From an uncultured Gammaproteobacteria bacterium (lineage in GTDB: Bacteria > Patescibacteriota > Microgenomatia > CAZETR01 > Amesbacteraceae): a stretch of DNA of 54,787 bases. A program made the position numbers and the translations under genes. Where the stretch lies: positions 170,220 through 225,006 of the forward strand of contig CAYHGA010000001.1 of the NCBI GenBank assembly GCA_964356225.1. The letters are read 5' to 3'. Positions 38,672-47,471 of this stretch are shown here, piece after piece (within the stretch, counting starts at the first letter, position 1; each line of letters begins with the position of its first letter). The notes below the pieces were generated by a model. It ran no database searches, had not been told where the DNA came from, and saw nothing but the letters and a program-made list of their open reading frames with translations.

Positions 38672-40831
38672 TTATTTGACAGCTTGGCCGTGGCGGTCGA
38701 GGCGGATGAGGTCGGCTTCGCCGTAGCCGCCGGCGCAGTCCAGGCAGAGGGGAACTCCTAATGGATCGAAAATTACTGCATGGTTTTGATTTTCAATGTC
38801 TCCAGGCTGTTCGGCGATTTGTTTGGGAGTGGCCGGCGCTTGAGTTGGCCGGAAAATAGGTATATCCCGGTGTAAATCTCCTTGATTGGGGGGAATTGTG
38901 CCTTTGAGAAAATATTCATAACGGGGGGTACAGTCGGGCATGCCGTCTTCGGCTTTGAGACCAGAGAGGGAACAAACTAGGGCGCCAATAACGTCCGGGG
39001 GTTGGACCGGCCAGTGGGGGGATTTGTCTTTTAAAGCAAATGAAATAACTTTGTTCCAGATGGGGGAAGCGCCGGTGACACCGGAGGCAACATTGCTCAT
39101 TGGTGAGTTGTCGTTGTTGCCCACCCAAACGGTGACCAAGATATCGGGATTGTAACCTACGGTCCAGTTGTCGCGCTTGTCGTTGGTGGTACCGGTTTTG
39201 ACGGAAACTTCGGGATGGGATCTAACGACTAAATATGAGCTAGGGCCAAAGGCGGCGGAGCGGGCGCCGTTATCTAAGAGCAGATGAGAAATGATGTAAG
39301 CGGCGCCGGTGGAGATAACGCGGGTGTTGGAAGGAAGTTTGGGAGTTTCTTCCAGAATTTTGCCTGTGCGGTCGGTAACTTTGAGTATGGGGTTTAAGTT
39401 AACGCGCTGGCCGGAGTTGGCTAAAACGCCGTAAGCGGTGGACAAATCCAGCATGGTGACTTCACCGCCTCCCAAAGTGAGCGACGGACCGTAATTTCTG
39501 GCGTCTTTAAAAGTGGTTAAACCGAAGGCAGAGGAAGAAGCGATAAAGTTTTCCAGCCCGTTGAGAACCAGGGTTTTGACAGCAGGAATGTTGAAAGAAT
39601 TGCCAAGGGCAAAGCGGACCTGGGTGGGGCCGTGCCACTGACCGTCGTAATTAACGGGGCAGTAGGGTTCCTGGTCGGGGATCAAAAAACAAGTGGGCTT
39701 GTCTGCCAAGACGGTGCTGGCCGTAAGAAGGCGATGTTCCAGGGCCAGGGCATAGTTGATGGGTTTAATGGCCGATCCCGGTTGGCGGTGAGCCAGAACT
39801 ACATTAACGTTGCCATCGTACTTGGTGTCAAAATAATCTTTGGAACCAACCATGGCCAATATTTCTCCGGTTTTGGGACGGGTAACTAAGACTGCCCCAT
39901 TGCCGACATTTTCGGCTTTGAGGCGGCCGACTTCGGTGGCGACGGCGGCCTGGGCAAAATTTTGCAGATCCAAATCCAGGGTGGTGGTAACAACGAGCCC
40001 ATCCTGCTCAACTTTGGCTAAACCGAATTTTTGGACCAGATAATCTTTGACCCAAAGGGAAAAATGAGGAGCCTGGATGCTGGGGGGAGGAGCGTATGTT
40101 AGCAGTTGGTCTTTGGCTTCTTGCCCCTGGTCAGATGTTATAAATTTGGCGTCTAACATCTGTTTTAAGACATATTCCTGTCTTTGCTTGGCCAGTTCCG
40201 GACGGGAGAGGGGAGAATAAAGACTGGGGGCTTGAGGTAAACCGGCCAGGAGAGCCGCCTCGGCTAAATTCAGGTCGGCGGCTTTTTTGCCGAAATAAGT
40301 TTGGGATGCAGATTCCAGACCGTAGGCGGTGCCGCCGTAGGGGACCTGGTTTAGGTAAAATTCCAAAATTTGGTCCTTCTTGTAAAGTGTTTCTACGGCA
40401 GCGGAGAGAATAAACTCGCGGACTTTGCGGCGGACAGTGCGGTCCGGTTCAAGAAGGGCGTTTTTGACGAGTTGCTGGGTGATGGTAGAGCCGCCCTGGA
40501 GATTTTTTTTGAAGAAGGTGCTGATGAAAGCCCGGGTGATACCGCGGATCGAGAACCCTGAATGTTTGTAAAAATCCCGGTCCTCGGCGGCCAGGGTAGC
40601 TTGCCAGACATATTTGGGAAGAGAAGAAAGAGGGATAGGAGTGCGGCGTTCTCCGACAAAAACTTCATAGAGCAATTTGCCATTGCGGTCCAGGATTTTG
40701 GTGGAGGCGGGGGCGGGGTGGGTGGCAAGGCGCAAAGGGTTGGGCAAGCCCCAGAAGAAATAAATACCAATAAATACCAATACTACCAACACTACTAATA
40801 AACGCCAGCGCTTTTTGAGTTTTTCTTTCAC
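38672..40831 (-). CDS. Class A penicillin-binding protein (PBP1A family)
   Basis: AEDRDFYKH; GGSTITQQL; RQPGSAIKP; SFN; KTGT; GTG start chosen 6 nt after TATAAT. Confidence 0.95.
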   Translation of the reverse strand: MKEKLKKRWRLLVVLVVLVFIGIYFFWGLPNPLRLATHPAPASTKILDRNGKLLYEVFVGERRTPIPLSSLPKYVWQATLAAEDRDFYKHSGFSIRGITRAFISTFFKKNLQGGSTITQQLVKNALLEPDRTVRRKVREFILSAAVETLYKKDQILEFYLNQVPYGGTAYGLESASQTYFGKKAADLNLAEAALLAGLPQAPSLYSPLSRPELAKQRQEYVLKQMLDAKFITSDQGQEAKDQLLTYAPPPSIQAPHFSLWVKDYLVQKFGLAKVEQDGLVVTTTLDLDLQNFAQAAVATEVGRLKAENVGNGAVLVTRPKTGEILAMVGSKDYFDTKYDGNVNVVLAHRQPGSAIKPINYALALEHRLLTASTVLADKPTCFLIPDQEPYCPVNYDGQWHGPTQVRFALGNSFNIPAVKTLVLNGLENFIASSSAFGLTTFKDARNYGPSLTLGGGEVTMLDLSTAYGVLANSGQRVNLNPILKVTDRTGKILEETPKLPSNTRVISTGAAYIISHLLLDNGARSAAFGPSSYLVVRSHPEVSVKTGTTNDKRDNWTVGYNPDILVTVWVGNNDNSPMSNVASGVTGASPIWNKVISFALKDKSPHWPVQPPDVIGALVCSLSGLKAEDGMPDCTPRYEYFLKGTIPPNQGDLHRDIPIFRPTQAPATPKQIAEQPGDIENQNHAVIFDPLGVPLCLDCAGGYGEADLIRLDRHGQAVK

Positions 40832-40868
40832 TATTGAATTATAACCCGGATACATATATATTGGGATT

Positions 40869-41030
40869 ATGGCGACTAAAAAAATTGATGATTTACTGGG
40901 AGGAAAGTTGGATCCGAAGGAGGAAAGGACGCTGGATTGGATTCTGAACGCAGTGGTGATATTTATATTAGGCTGGTTGGGATTGGGGATACTTCTGTCT
41001 GTGGGAGGCTTATTTCATTTGTGGGGATAA
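40869..41030 (+). CDS. 53-aa membrane protein absent from the ORF track
   Basis: MATKKIDDLLGGKLDPKEERTLDWILNAVVIFILGWLGLGILLSVGGLFHLWG*; TATATT 6 nt upstream. Confidence 0.7.
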   Translation: MATKKIDDLLGGKLDPKEERTLDWILNAVVIFILGWLGLGILLSVGGLFHLWG

Positions 41031-41048
41031 TTTTGGGGGTTGATTTTT

Positions 41049-41066
41049 AGAGAGAGAGAGAGAGAG
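41049..41066. repeat. (AG)9 microsatellite upstream of 41081
   Basis: Perfect 18-nt dinucleotide run. Confidence 0.9.
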
Positions 41067-41080
41067 TTTAATGAGAGGTA

Positions 41081-41668
41081 ATGGTTGACGAGTTTTATGA
41101 CACAGGGGAGAATAAAGGGAGAATTAAAGGTGTGGCGGCGGCTCATGAACTGGCCGATTTGGAAGCAAATAAAGGGGTGAACGCGGCCTTGGCGAGAGAG
41201 AGGGAGTTGAAAAGGATATTGGAGGGAGGACGGTCGGACGTGGAAGAAAAATTTGTGGCAATAATGAAGGGAATGGCAGGAAAATATCCGGATGCGTTTG
41301 ACCGCCAGATAGATGGAAAGGGTAGAGAGTTTTTACAGTTTAGAGGAGGGGGTGAGGGAGCAATGGCTGATTATTTCACTCAATATGGAGCGTTTCATGT
41401 TGAATTGAAATCAGGAGGCCCGGGGCTTGGGACGGAAGACGTAGTTGATATGGCAGGATATGCGAGTGGGATTAAGGGGGGTGAATTTCCAAGAGATATA
41501 ATTGGGAAGGTTGATCAGTGGAAAATGATAAATTTGGCAGATCCAATAACTCAAGAGAGTATTAAGCGGGCGTGTTCTGCGGCACAGAAGAGAGAGGAAG
41601 CGGCGAAGGTTGCGCTTAAAGATAGGGCGAGAGCGAATGGTGCTGAGAGTATTTTGGCAAACTTGTGA
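41081..41668 (+). CDS. Hypothetical protein
   Basis: 195-aa ORF with host-like codon bias. Confidence 0.65.
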   Translation: MVDEFYDTGENKGRIKGVAAAHELADLEANKGVNAALARERELKRILEGGRSDVEEKFVAIMKGMAGKYPDAFDRQIDGKGREFLQFRGGGEGAMADYFTQYGAFHVELKSGGPGLGTEDVVDMAGYASGIKGGEFPRDIIGKVDQWKMINLADPITQESIKRACSAAQKREEAAKVALKDRARANGAESILANL

Positions 41669-41778
41669 TTTGATAGCGCCGAATTGTTTTTGACAGCATA
41701 CGACATACGAACGAGGTAGAATTGGATTAATAGAGTGGGGATTTTGAGTGCTGTTTTTCCGGAAGCGGGGACTTTGAC

Positions 41779-41807
41779 TTGACAACATACAACATACGAC
41801 ATACAAT
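41779..41807 (+). promoter_or_regulatory. Sigma70 promoter with ACATAC direct-repeat operator
   Basis: TTGACA-17nt-TACAAT-6nt-ATG; ACATAC x3 at 7-nt period. Confidence 0.85.
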
Positions 41808-41813
41808 TAAGGA

Positions 41814-42038
41814 ATGATTAGGACGCAGGTGTATATTCCGGACGATTTGTATTCTCAGGCTTTAGTTGTGGCTCAGATACGAGGGGTAAGTGTTTCGGTG
41901 GTGTTGAGGGATGGTCTGGCAAAAGAGGTGGGTAGAGTTAAGAAGAGTAGGAGAGGCGGCCTTTTCTCTAATTTGGCGGGGGCATTGAGAAACGGTCCAA
42001 AAGATATGTCTAGCAGGGTAAACGATATTTATAAATAA
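41814..42038 (+). CDS. RHH/CopG-type antitoxin
   Basis: MIRTQVYIPDDLY...SVSVVLRDGL; precedes a PIN gene. Confidence 0.8.
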   Translation: MIRTQVYIPDDLYSQALVVAQIRGVSVSVVLRDGLAKEVGRVKKSRRGGLFSNLAGALRNGPKDMSSRVNDIYK

Positions 42039-42439
42039 TGAAGCGATATTTGACCGATTCGGATTTTCTGGTGGCAGTGTTTAACTCTAAAGACGCAAGT
42101 CATGCTAAGGCCTTGGGGATTTCTGAAAGACTTGATTCTAGTGAGATGGAGTTGTGGGGAAGCAATTTGATCCAACAAGAGTCGGCGACAGTGGTAAGCC
42201 ATAGGATAGGAATGGACGCGGCGAGAGAATTTGTGCGGAAACTGGCTGCTGATCTGGATAGGTTTGTGGATGTCGACAGAAGCTTGGAAAAATGGGCTTG
42301 GAAGGTTTTTTTGAAGCAAACTAAAAAGGGCTGCTCGTTCATAGATTGTGCAAACTTAGCCGTAATTGAAAGGTATAAACTGGATGGGATTTTGACCTTT
42401 GATGAATTTTATCCAAAAGAATTAAGGGTTGGTGTATAA
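42038..42439 (+). CDS. vapC: PIN-domain toxin (VapC)
   Basis: DSDFLVA...DASH...E...SFIDC...TFDEF. Confidence 0.88.
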   Translation: MKRYLTDSDFLVAVFNSKDASHAKALGISERLDSSEMELWGSNLIQQESATVVSHRIGMDAAREFVRKLAADLDRFVDVDRSLEKWAWKVFLKQTKKGCSFIDCANLAVIERYKLDGILTFDEFYPKELRVGV

Positions 42440-42446
42440 ATAAGGG

Positions 42447-42914
42447 GTGGATACTTACGAAAATACTAACTGGTGGAAGTATTTGACTGATCCCATGCGG
42501 GATCTGGCGAGGGAGAGTTTTATGTTGTTGGAAAGGGAAGAGAAATTACAAGAGGGGTTGCATGACTACTCGTTTGTGGTATTCCCCATGGCTAAGGCGT
42601 ACGAAGGATTTTTGAAGAAGCTGTTTTATGGTCTGGGGTTGATTAACAAAAAGCAATATGGGGGAGATCGGTTCAGGGTAGGGAAAGCTTTGAACCCCAA
42701 TTTGCCCAAAAGATACCAATGGGATTGGGTGTACGGCAGGCTGGCGATGGCTTGTAAAGAAGAAATGTGGGAGGTATGGAAAAAGGCCAGGAACCGGATA
42801 TTCCACTTCTTTCCTGATCACCACGAGTTTATTACGCTGGAGCAGGCGAAAGAATTGATAGAGGAAGTAACAGAGGTGATGGAAAAAGCCCTGATACAGT
42901 CTGATGGGGTGTAG
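42447..42914 (+). CDS. Stand-alone HEPN protein resembling the RnlA/RNase LS C-terminal domain
   Basis: DYSFVVFPMAKAYEGFLK; RNRIFH (Rx4H). Confidence 0.65.
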   Translation: MDTYENTNWWKYLTDPMRDLARESFMLLEREEKLQEGLHDYSFVVFPMAKAYEGFLKKLFYGLGLINKKQYGGDRFRVGKALNPNLPKRYQWDWVYGRLAMACKEEMWEVWKKARNRIFHFFPDHHEFITLEQAKELIEEVTEVMEKALIQSDGV

Positions 42915-42955
42915 TTGCGGAACTTGACAAGAGGTTCTATACTGGGGGGTACGGT

Positions 42956-43543
42956 ATGGAAAGCAGTGGACAAAACTTGTCCGGAAAGGGATCTTTTATA
43001 GAGTCGGCGTGGGGCAATTTACGCAACGCCCTGATTGGCTGTTCGGCGGCTTTGTTATTCGGGCTAGCGGTGCTGATGATGTCGATTCTGTCTGTGGGTA
43101 AGTCGGCTGCAGTTGGGGTGGCGGCGGCGGCTAAAGAGGCGGTGACAGTGAAAGTGGAGTATTACTTGCCGTATCCGGGAATACTACCAGACAGCCCGTT
43201 GTACAAAATAAAGGCGATACGGGATAGGGTGCAACTGGTATTGACATTTGATGAAGTGCAAAAAGCAGAAAGGGAGCTATTGTACGCAGATAAACGGGTG
43301 GGGGCGGCGTGGGCGCTGGCGGACGGCGGGAAGGCAGATTTAGCAGTGTCTACGGCCACAAAAGCCGAGAAGTATCTGGAGAGTGCGGTAAACCGGGTAA
43401 AAAAATTGTCTAGCTCCGGGCGGGACGTAAAGAGCATAATGATGACGTTGGAAAAGGCAGTGGCAAAACACCGGGAAATATTGGAGAGCCGACCTGAGTT
43501 TGATCCGGCCTTGAAGATAAACAACAGCCTGACGGTTGAGTGA
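42956..43543 (+). CDS. DUF5667-domain membrane-anchored protein
   Basis: YYLPYPGILPDSPLYKIKAIRD; ADKRV. Confidence 0.85.
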   Translation: MESSGQNLSGKGSFIESAWGNLRNALIGCSAALLFGLAVLMMSILSVGKSAAVGVAAAAKEAVTVKVEYYLPYPGILPDSPLYKIKAIRDRVQLVLTFDEVQKAERELLYADKRVGAAWALADGGKADLAVSTATKAEKYLESAVNRVKKLSSSGRDVKSIMMTLEKAVAKHREILESRPEFDPALKINNSLTVE

Positions 43544-43568
43544 TGCCCTCTGATACACAAGTTGATAG

Positions 43569-43621
43569 TTGACGCGCTAAATGTAGTGTTCTAGTCTAAA
43601 GGTCGCCACTAAATATGCAGT
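43569..43621 (+). promoter_or_regulatory. nrdR-nrdJ promoter with tandem NrdR boxes
   Basis: TTGACG-17nt-TAGTCT; GCGCTAAATGTAGTGT (43574-89) and CCACTAAATATGCAGT (43606-21), 32 bp apart, resemble acaCwAtATaTwGtgt. Confidence 0.75.
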
Positions 43622-44061
43622 GTCCGTTTTGCGCTCACCTCGAGACCTCGGTGTTGGAGTCCAGAGTAGCAGAAGACGGACAGAGCTTACGCAGGCGGCG
43701 CGAATGCGGAAAGTGCCAAAAGCGCTTTACTACATTTGAGCGGGTTGAGGGGCCGACGATCTTTGTCATAAAAAGAGACGGCTCCCGCCAACCGTTTGAC
43801 AGGGAAAAGATTGTCCGGGGGACGATTAAGTCCTTTGACAAACGGCCGGTGTCCATAGACCTAATTAACCAGCTGGCAGATGAGGTGGAAAGGGAAGTCC
43901 GGCGGAAAGAAGTGTCGGAAATTCCTTCTAAAATAATCGGCCGGATGGTCCTTAAACGCTTGAAAAATATTGATAAAGTGGCCTGGATGAGATTTGCCAG
44001 CGTATATCTGGAGCTGACAGATCTGGCCGAGTTTGAAAAGTTGTTTGAAAAAATAAGCTAA
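43615..44061 (+). CDS. nrdR: Transcriptional repressor NrdR
   Basis: CPFC...RRRRECxxCxxRFTTFE; ATP cone; RFASVY. Confidence 0.97.
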   Translation: MQCPFCAHLETSVLESRVAEDGQSLRRRRECGKCQKRFTTFERVEGPTIFVIKRDGSRQPFDREKIVRGTIKSFDKRPVSIDLINQLADEVEREVRRKEVSEIPSKIIGRMVLKRLKNIDKVAWMRFASVYLELTDLAEFEKLFEKIS

Positions 44062-44062
44062 T

Positions 44063-46435
44063 ATGCCAAAATTACAACTACAACAAATTAAAAGAAAAAG
44101 GGGAAGACCGGCTAAAAATGGGGCGAAATATATTAATGGGCATTCTTACTTGTCGAAAGATGGCTTGGGGTTTGAACTGCCAGTAAAAGCTGTAAAACGA
44201 GACGGAAGAATTGTGGATTTTGACGCAATTAAAATAGAAATTGCTTTGGGGAAGTGTTTTAAAGATTTAAATAAACAACCCCAGACTTCATTGCAAGATT
44301 TAACCAGACAAGTGGTATCGGCAGTGGCGGGAAAATATACCCAACCGACGGTGGAACAGATCCAAGATATAGTAGAAATCGTGTTGCAGGCGGCGGGGGA
44401 ATTTGAGGCGGCAAAGCATTACATATTGTATAGGGCAGAACACGCAAAATTGCGGGAAGAAAGGCCAATTCCGGTTGAAGTGAAAGCGGCGTTTGCGGAG
44501 TCGGACCAATTTTTCCCTACCCAACTGCAGAAGTTTCAGTTTTTTGATAAATATTCCAGATTTAATTATGATTTAGGGCGGAGAGAAACCTGGGTGGAAA
44601 CGGTAGACCGGGCGGTAAGCTTTTTGCATGAGTTGGCGGGGGAGAAATTAGAAGCTGAAGAGTACGAAAAAATGAGGAAAATGATACTGGAAATGAAAGC
44701 CACTCCGTCGATGCGGCTATTGGCTACGGCCGGGGCAGCGGCCAGGCGGCAGAATGTGAGTGTGTATAATTGCGCGTATTTGGGGGCAGACAGCATTGAC
44801 GCTTTTTGCGAGGCAATGCTGATTTCTATGAGCGGCTGCGGGGTAGGTTTTTCGGTGGAAGGGAAACACGTAGAAAAATTGCCCCGGGTAAAAAGGCAGA
44901 CTAGCTCTTTGCCGCTGACGCATGTGATTGCCGACTCTACCGAGGGTTGGGTGCAAGCAATAAGAATGGGGATGTCACTATGGTTTGACGGGGCCGATGT
45001 GAAATTTGATTATTCGCTGATCAGGCCGGCGGGAGCAATTTTGAAAACTAAAGGAGGAAGGGCGTCGGGCCCGGAACCGCTGAAAACCCTGCTGGATTTT
45101 GCCAGGGCGAGAATTCTGGCTAGGCAGGGGAGCTTCCTGCGGCCTATTGATGCCCACGATTTGATGTGTATGGTGGGGAATGCGGCAGTGGCTGGCGGGT
45201 CGCGGCGAACAGCGATGATTTCTTTGTTTGATTGGGATGACAATGAAATGAGAACGGCCAAGAATGGAGATTTTGAGAGAGAAAATTGGCAAAGGTGGAA
45301 TGCGAATAACTCAGTAGTTTTACCTGAAAGAGGATTAACCCAGCAAGAATTTATGCGGTTGATGCTGGAGATGTTTGATTCCGAAAGAGGAGAGCCGGGA
45401 CTATTTAACCGGATGGGGGCGGTCAAATTCAGGCCGGAGAGAAGAAAGGCCGATGATTTTGGAACAAATCCATGCGGAGAGATAATTTTGCGGCCGAACC
45501 AGTTTTGCAATTTGAGTATTGCGGTAGCCAGAAATGGTGATACTTACGAGGACATGAAGGAAAAAGTAGAAATGGCGGCAATTTTGGGTACGGTTCAATC
45601 TCTGGCCACTAACTTTCCGGGGCTAAGGCCGATTTGGAAACAAAATTGCGAAGAAGAAAGGTTATTGGGAGTGGATATTACCGGACAGATGGATTGCCCG
45701 GTGGTTCAAGATCCGGCGGTGATGATGAGACTAAGGCAAGTGGCAGTGGAGACGAACCGCAAATATGCGGCAAAATTAGGCATAAATCAGTCGACTTCCG
45801 TGACTTGCGTGAAGCCTTCGGGAAACTCTTCGCAACTTTTGAATTGCTCTTCGGGGTTACATTCCAGATGGGCCCCTTATTATGTGAGGAACGTGCGGGT
45901 AGGGGCGCATACGCCGGTATTTAAAGTGATGAAGGACGTAGGAGTGCCGATGGACCCGGAGAATGGGCAGACGGTGGAAACCGCAAGTGCGTGGGTGGCG
46001 CATTTCCCGGTGAAAGCTCCAGAAGGGGCCGTAACCAGAAGACAGAGGACTGCGATTGCCCAGTGCGAGTATTGGTTGCAAAATAAAGTATTTTGGACGG
46101 AACATAACCCGTCGGTGACTATTACTTATGAGCCGCACGAGGTAATAGAATTGATTGATTGGGTGTGGGAGCACATAGATTACGTGGGAGGAATGTCGTT
46201 TTTGCCGGCAATGGACGCGAAGTACGCCCAGATGCCGTATGAGGAGATTGACCGGGAAAAATATGAAGAACTGGCGGCGAAGTTTCCTAATATAGATTTT
46301 TCGAAACTATATAGATATGAGGAAGAAGATTATACGAAAGCGGCCCAGGAACTGGCATGTGTAGCCGGATCCTGCGAAATAGAAATATTGCCGGATGGAC
46401 AAGGGGGAACGGTAGTGGCTAAGGGAATGAATTAG
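44063..46435 (+). CDS. nrdJ: Class II (adenosylcobalamin-dependent) ribonucleotide reductase with ATP cone
   Basis: VKRDG ATP cone; YNC; TNPCGEI; CNL; TCVKPSG; C-terminal ACVAGSCE. Confidence 0.92.
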   Translation: MPKLQLQQIKRKRGRPAKNGAKYINGHSYLSKDGLGFELPVKAVKRDGRIVDFDAIKIEIALGKCFKDLNKQPQTSLQDLTRQVVSAVAGKYTQPTVEQIQDIVEIVLQAAGEFEAAKHYILYRAEHAKLREERPIPVEVKAAFAESDQFFPTQLQKFQFFDKYSRFNYDLGRRETWVETVDRAVSFLHELAGEKLEAEEYEKMRKMILEMKATPSMRLLATAGAAARRQNVSVYNCAYLGADSIDAFCEAMLISMSGCGVGFSVEGKHVEKLPRVKRQTSSLPLTHVIADSTEGWVQAIRMGMSLWFDGADVKFDYSLIRPAGAILKTKGGRASGPEPLKTLLDFARARILARQGSFLRPIDAHDLMCMVGNAAVAGGSRRTAMISLFDWDDNEMRTAKNGDFERENWQRWNANNSVVLPERGLTQQEFMRLMLEMFDSERGEPGLFNRMGAVKFRPERRKADDFGTNPCGEIILRPNQFCNLSIAVARNGDTYEDMKEKVEMAAILGTVQSLATNFPGLRPIWKQNCEEERLLGVDITGQMDCPVVQDPAVMMRLRQVAVETNRKYAAKLGINQSTSVTCVKPSGNSSQLLNCSSGLHSRWAPYYVRNVRVGAHTPVFKVMKDVGVPMDPENGQTVETASAWVAHFPVKAPEGAVTRRQRTAIAQCEYWLQNKVFWTEHNPSVTITYEPHEVIELIDWVWEHIDYVGGMSFLPAMDAKYAQMPYEEIDREKYEELAAKFPNIDFSKLYRYEEEDYTKAAQELACVAGSCEIEILPDGQGGTVVAKGMN

Positions 46436-46459
46436 TTGAGTGGGTAGTATAATCTGGAC

Positions 46460-47446
46460 ATGATTATTACCAGGACGCCGCTACGAATAAGTTTTTTGGG
46501 TGGGGGGACGGATTTTCCGGATTTTTATAGGAAGCATGGGGGGTGCGTAGTAACGACGGCGATTGATAAATATGTATATGTGATCGTTAAAGAAAGATTT
46601 GATAAACAGATTTACGTAAATTATTCGATTAAAGAAATAGTGAACAAGGTCGGGGAGCTGAAACATGAACTGGTGCGGGAAGCCATGAGGAAAGTGGGAA
46701 TAAAAGAGGGGATTGAGATTTCGTTTCAATCGGATGTGCCGTCTTCAGGGTCGGGGTTGGGGTCGTCCAGCACGGTGACGGTAGGAACGTTAAATGCCTT
46801 GTATCAATATATTGGGTTGGCGGTGGATGCCGAGAGGCTGGCCAGGGAGGCTTGCGAAATAGAGATTAAAATTTTGGGTAAGCCGATTGGGGTGCAGGAT
46901 CAGTATATGGCGGCGTATGGAGGAGTGAGGTTCTTGGAGTTTAGAAAATCCGGGAAAGTAATAGCTGAAGATTTGCGGTTGTCGGAAGAAATTCTGGACG
47001 ATCTAAAAAGCTATATGATGGTATTTTTTACGGGCCGGACCAGGGCCGCGGGAAGCATATTGCAGGAGCAGAAGGAAAACATCAAAAACAAAAACGAGAT
47101 TTTGGAAAAAATGGCCCGGCAGGCACGGGAGGCCAGAGATTTACTGGTAGCAGGCAAGATCGGCAGTTTAGGGAAATTAATGGATGAGGGCTGGAAATTA
47201 AAGAGGCAATTAGCCAGCCGGATAAGTGATCCGGAGATAGACAGGATTTACGGTGCGGCCAAAAAAGCCGGGGCGATTGGGGGAAAAATATCTGGAGCTG
47301 GAGGAGGAGGGTTTTTGACGTTATTTGTACCGACAGGGAAAAGAGAGATGGTAAGAAAAGCGGTTACGGCCTGCCTGCCGGTAGGCAGGGAAATGCCGGT
47401 GGGATTATCCAGGGACGGAAGTAAAGTGATTTTTAATATTCGTTGA
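46460..47446 (+). CDS. GHMP kinase, HddA-like sugar-phosphate kinase
   Basis: PLRISFLGGGTD; GSGLGSS; GVQDQY; GAGGGG. Confidence 0.88.
   Translation: MIITRTPLRISFLGGGTDFPDFYRKHGGCVVTTAIDKYVYVIVKERFDKQIYVNYSIKEIVNKVGELKHELVREAMRKVGIKEGIEISFQSDVPSSGSGLGSSSTVTVGTLNALYQYIGLAVDAERLAREACEIEIKILGKPIGVQDQYMAAYGGVRFLEFRKSGKVIAEDLRLSEEILDDLKSYMMVFFTGRTRAAGSILQEQKENIKNKNEILEKMARQAREARDLLVAGKIGSLGKLMDEGWKLKRQLASRISDPEIDRIYGAAKKAGAIGGKISGAGGGGFLTLFVPTGKREMVRKAVTACLPVGREMPVGLSRDGSKVIFNIR
47370..47389. repeat. Palindromic element family B inside the GHMP kinase
   Basis: CCTGCCTGCCGGTAGGCAGG. Confidence 0.85.
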
Positions 47447-47471
47447 AATTTTTAATTTTCAATATTTTTAA

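Noticed and set aside
46460-47446. PduX-type threonine kinase for cobalamin synthesis
   Set aside because: The GGGTD and QDQY motifs fit HddA-like sugar kinases, despite the position between nrdJ and the adenosyltransferase.
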